Of a DNA stretch of 64,000 nucleotides, positions 63,411-64,000 are shown piece by piece. Position numbers and translations under genes: made by a program. The notes beneath the pieces were generated by a model. The model ran no database searches. It saw only the letters and a program-made list of their open reading frames with translations, and had not been told where the DNA came from. Each line of letters begins with the position of its first letter. The first letter of the stretch is position 1. The DNA lies in contig NC_087249.1 of NCBI RefSeq assembly GCF_037042905.1, positions 7,874,001 through 7,938,000 of the forward strand, given 5' to 3'. The DNA is from Lytechinus pictus. Lineage: Eukaryota.

Positions 63411-63529
63411 TTCTGGTCTTTCTATCAGAGCCACATCTTTTTGATAAGAAATTAGAATTCAAAGGCGACTGTTTCTAGTTTTGATGACATTCATGGAAAG
63501 GACATTGTGGACATGACATTGTACAATGA

Positions 63530-63745
63530 TTAATAATAATAATATAGGTATATTTACCACGGGAAGCCACTTGTCTGAAAACTGTTCTCCCAACGGACCC
63601 TGCTCTTATCATTACCCCGGCTTTAGCTGGGCTGCCTAGGCACTCAAAGCATTCAAGGAATTTCTTCCTACCGGGTACCCATTCACCTCACCTGGGTTGA
63701 GTGCAGCAGAATGTGGATAAATTTCTTGCTGAAGGAAATTACGCT
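63530..63745 (-). mobile_element. 5'-truncated SINE, same family as 2815-3090
   Basis: Shares attaccccggctttagct...gcattcaaggaatt...gggtacccattcacctcacctgggttgagtgcagca...gctgaaggaaattacgc. Confidence 0.8.
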
Positions 63746-64000
63746 TATAATTATGTTATAAGCCATAATATCACACATAACATGTTTATAGACTTAAGGA
63801 ACGCAATTCCATAAAGATTAAATTACCTCAGGTGTTTTTTTTTATTTTAAAGTAAAAAGAAGGGGCTTAAAGAAATGTGATCAATGATACGTCTACCATT
63901 TAAATAAGTAGTCTTGTTTCATTATACGTACATGCTTTACGCCAGACAGAGGTGGCTCGAGTGAAAATAGATCGCATAATTATGAACTCATGTGCTTGCA

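Overview
AT-rich, repeat-dense invertebrate animal DNA with spliceosomal introns and three N-gaps. It is most likely an echinoderm such as a sea urchin, inferred from the repeat and receptor repertoire. The core is a putative chemosensory locus. Two class A GPCR genes with intronless CDSs (+ strand, about 7.7 kb and 62.4 kb) flank a minus-strand array of gustatory-receptor-like (Grl, insect Gr/Or superfamily, 7TM ion channel) genes. Two complete 4-exon Grl genes can be assembled by hand (465 and 475 aa). Each has three phase-0 introns and the TM7 motif TYFTILLQF. A third intact long first exon (50479-51594) has no visible 3' exons of its own and may splice onto the shared exons, as in Drosophila Gr28b/Gr39a. 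Mobile DNA includes three CR1/L2-group LINEs, one with an intact 1000-aa ORF2 inserted 378 bp upstream of a Grl start codon. There is also a non-autonomous Transib-like element with RSS-like ends (CACAGTG-12 bp-ACAAAAGTG, 5-bp TSD), an 82-bp insert carrying a Penelope-type minimal hammerhead ribozyme, and an IS3EU-like foldback element. Tc1/mariner, Kolobok, hAT and CACTA-like MITEs, tRNA-SINEs and a near-perfect 3332-bp tandem duplication complete the repeat content.
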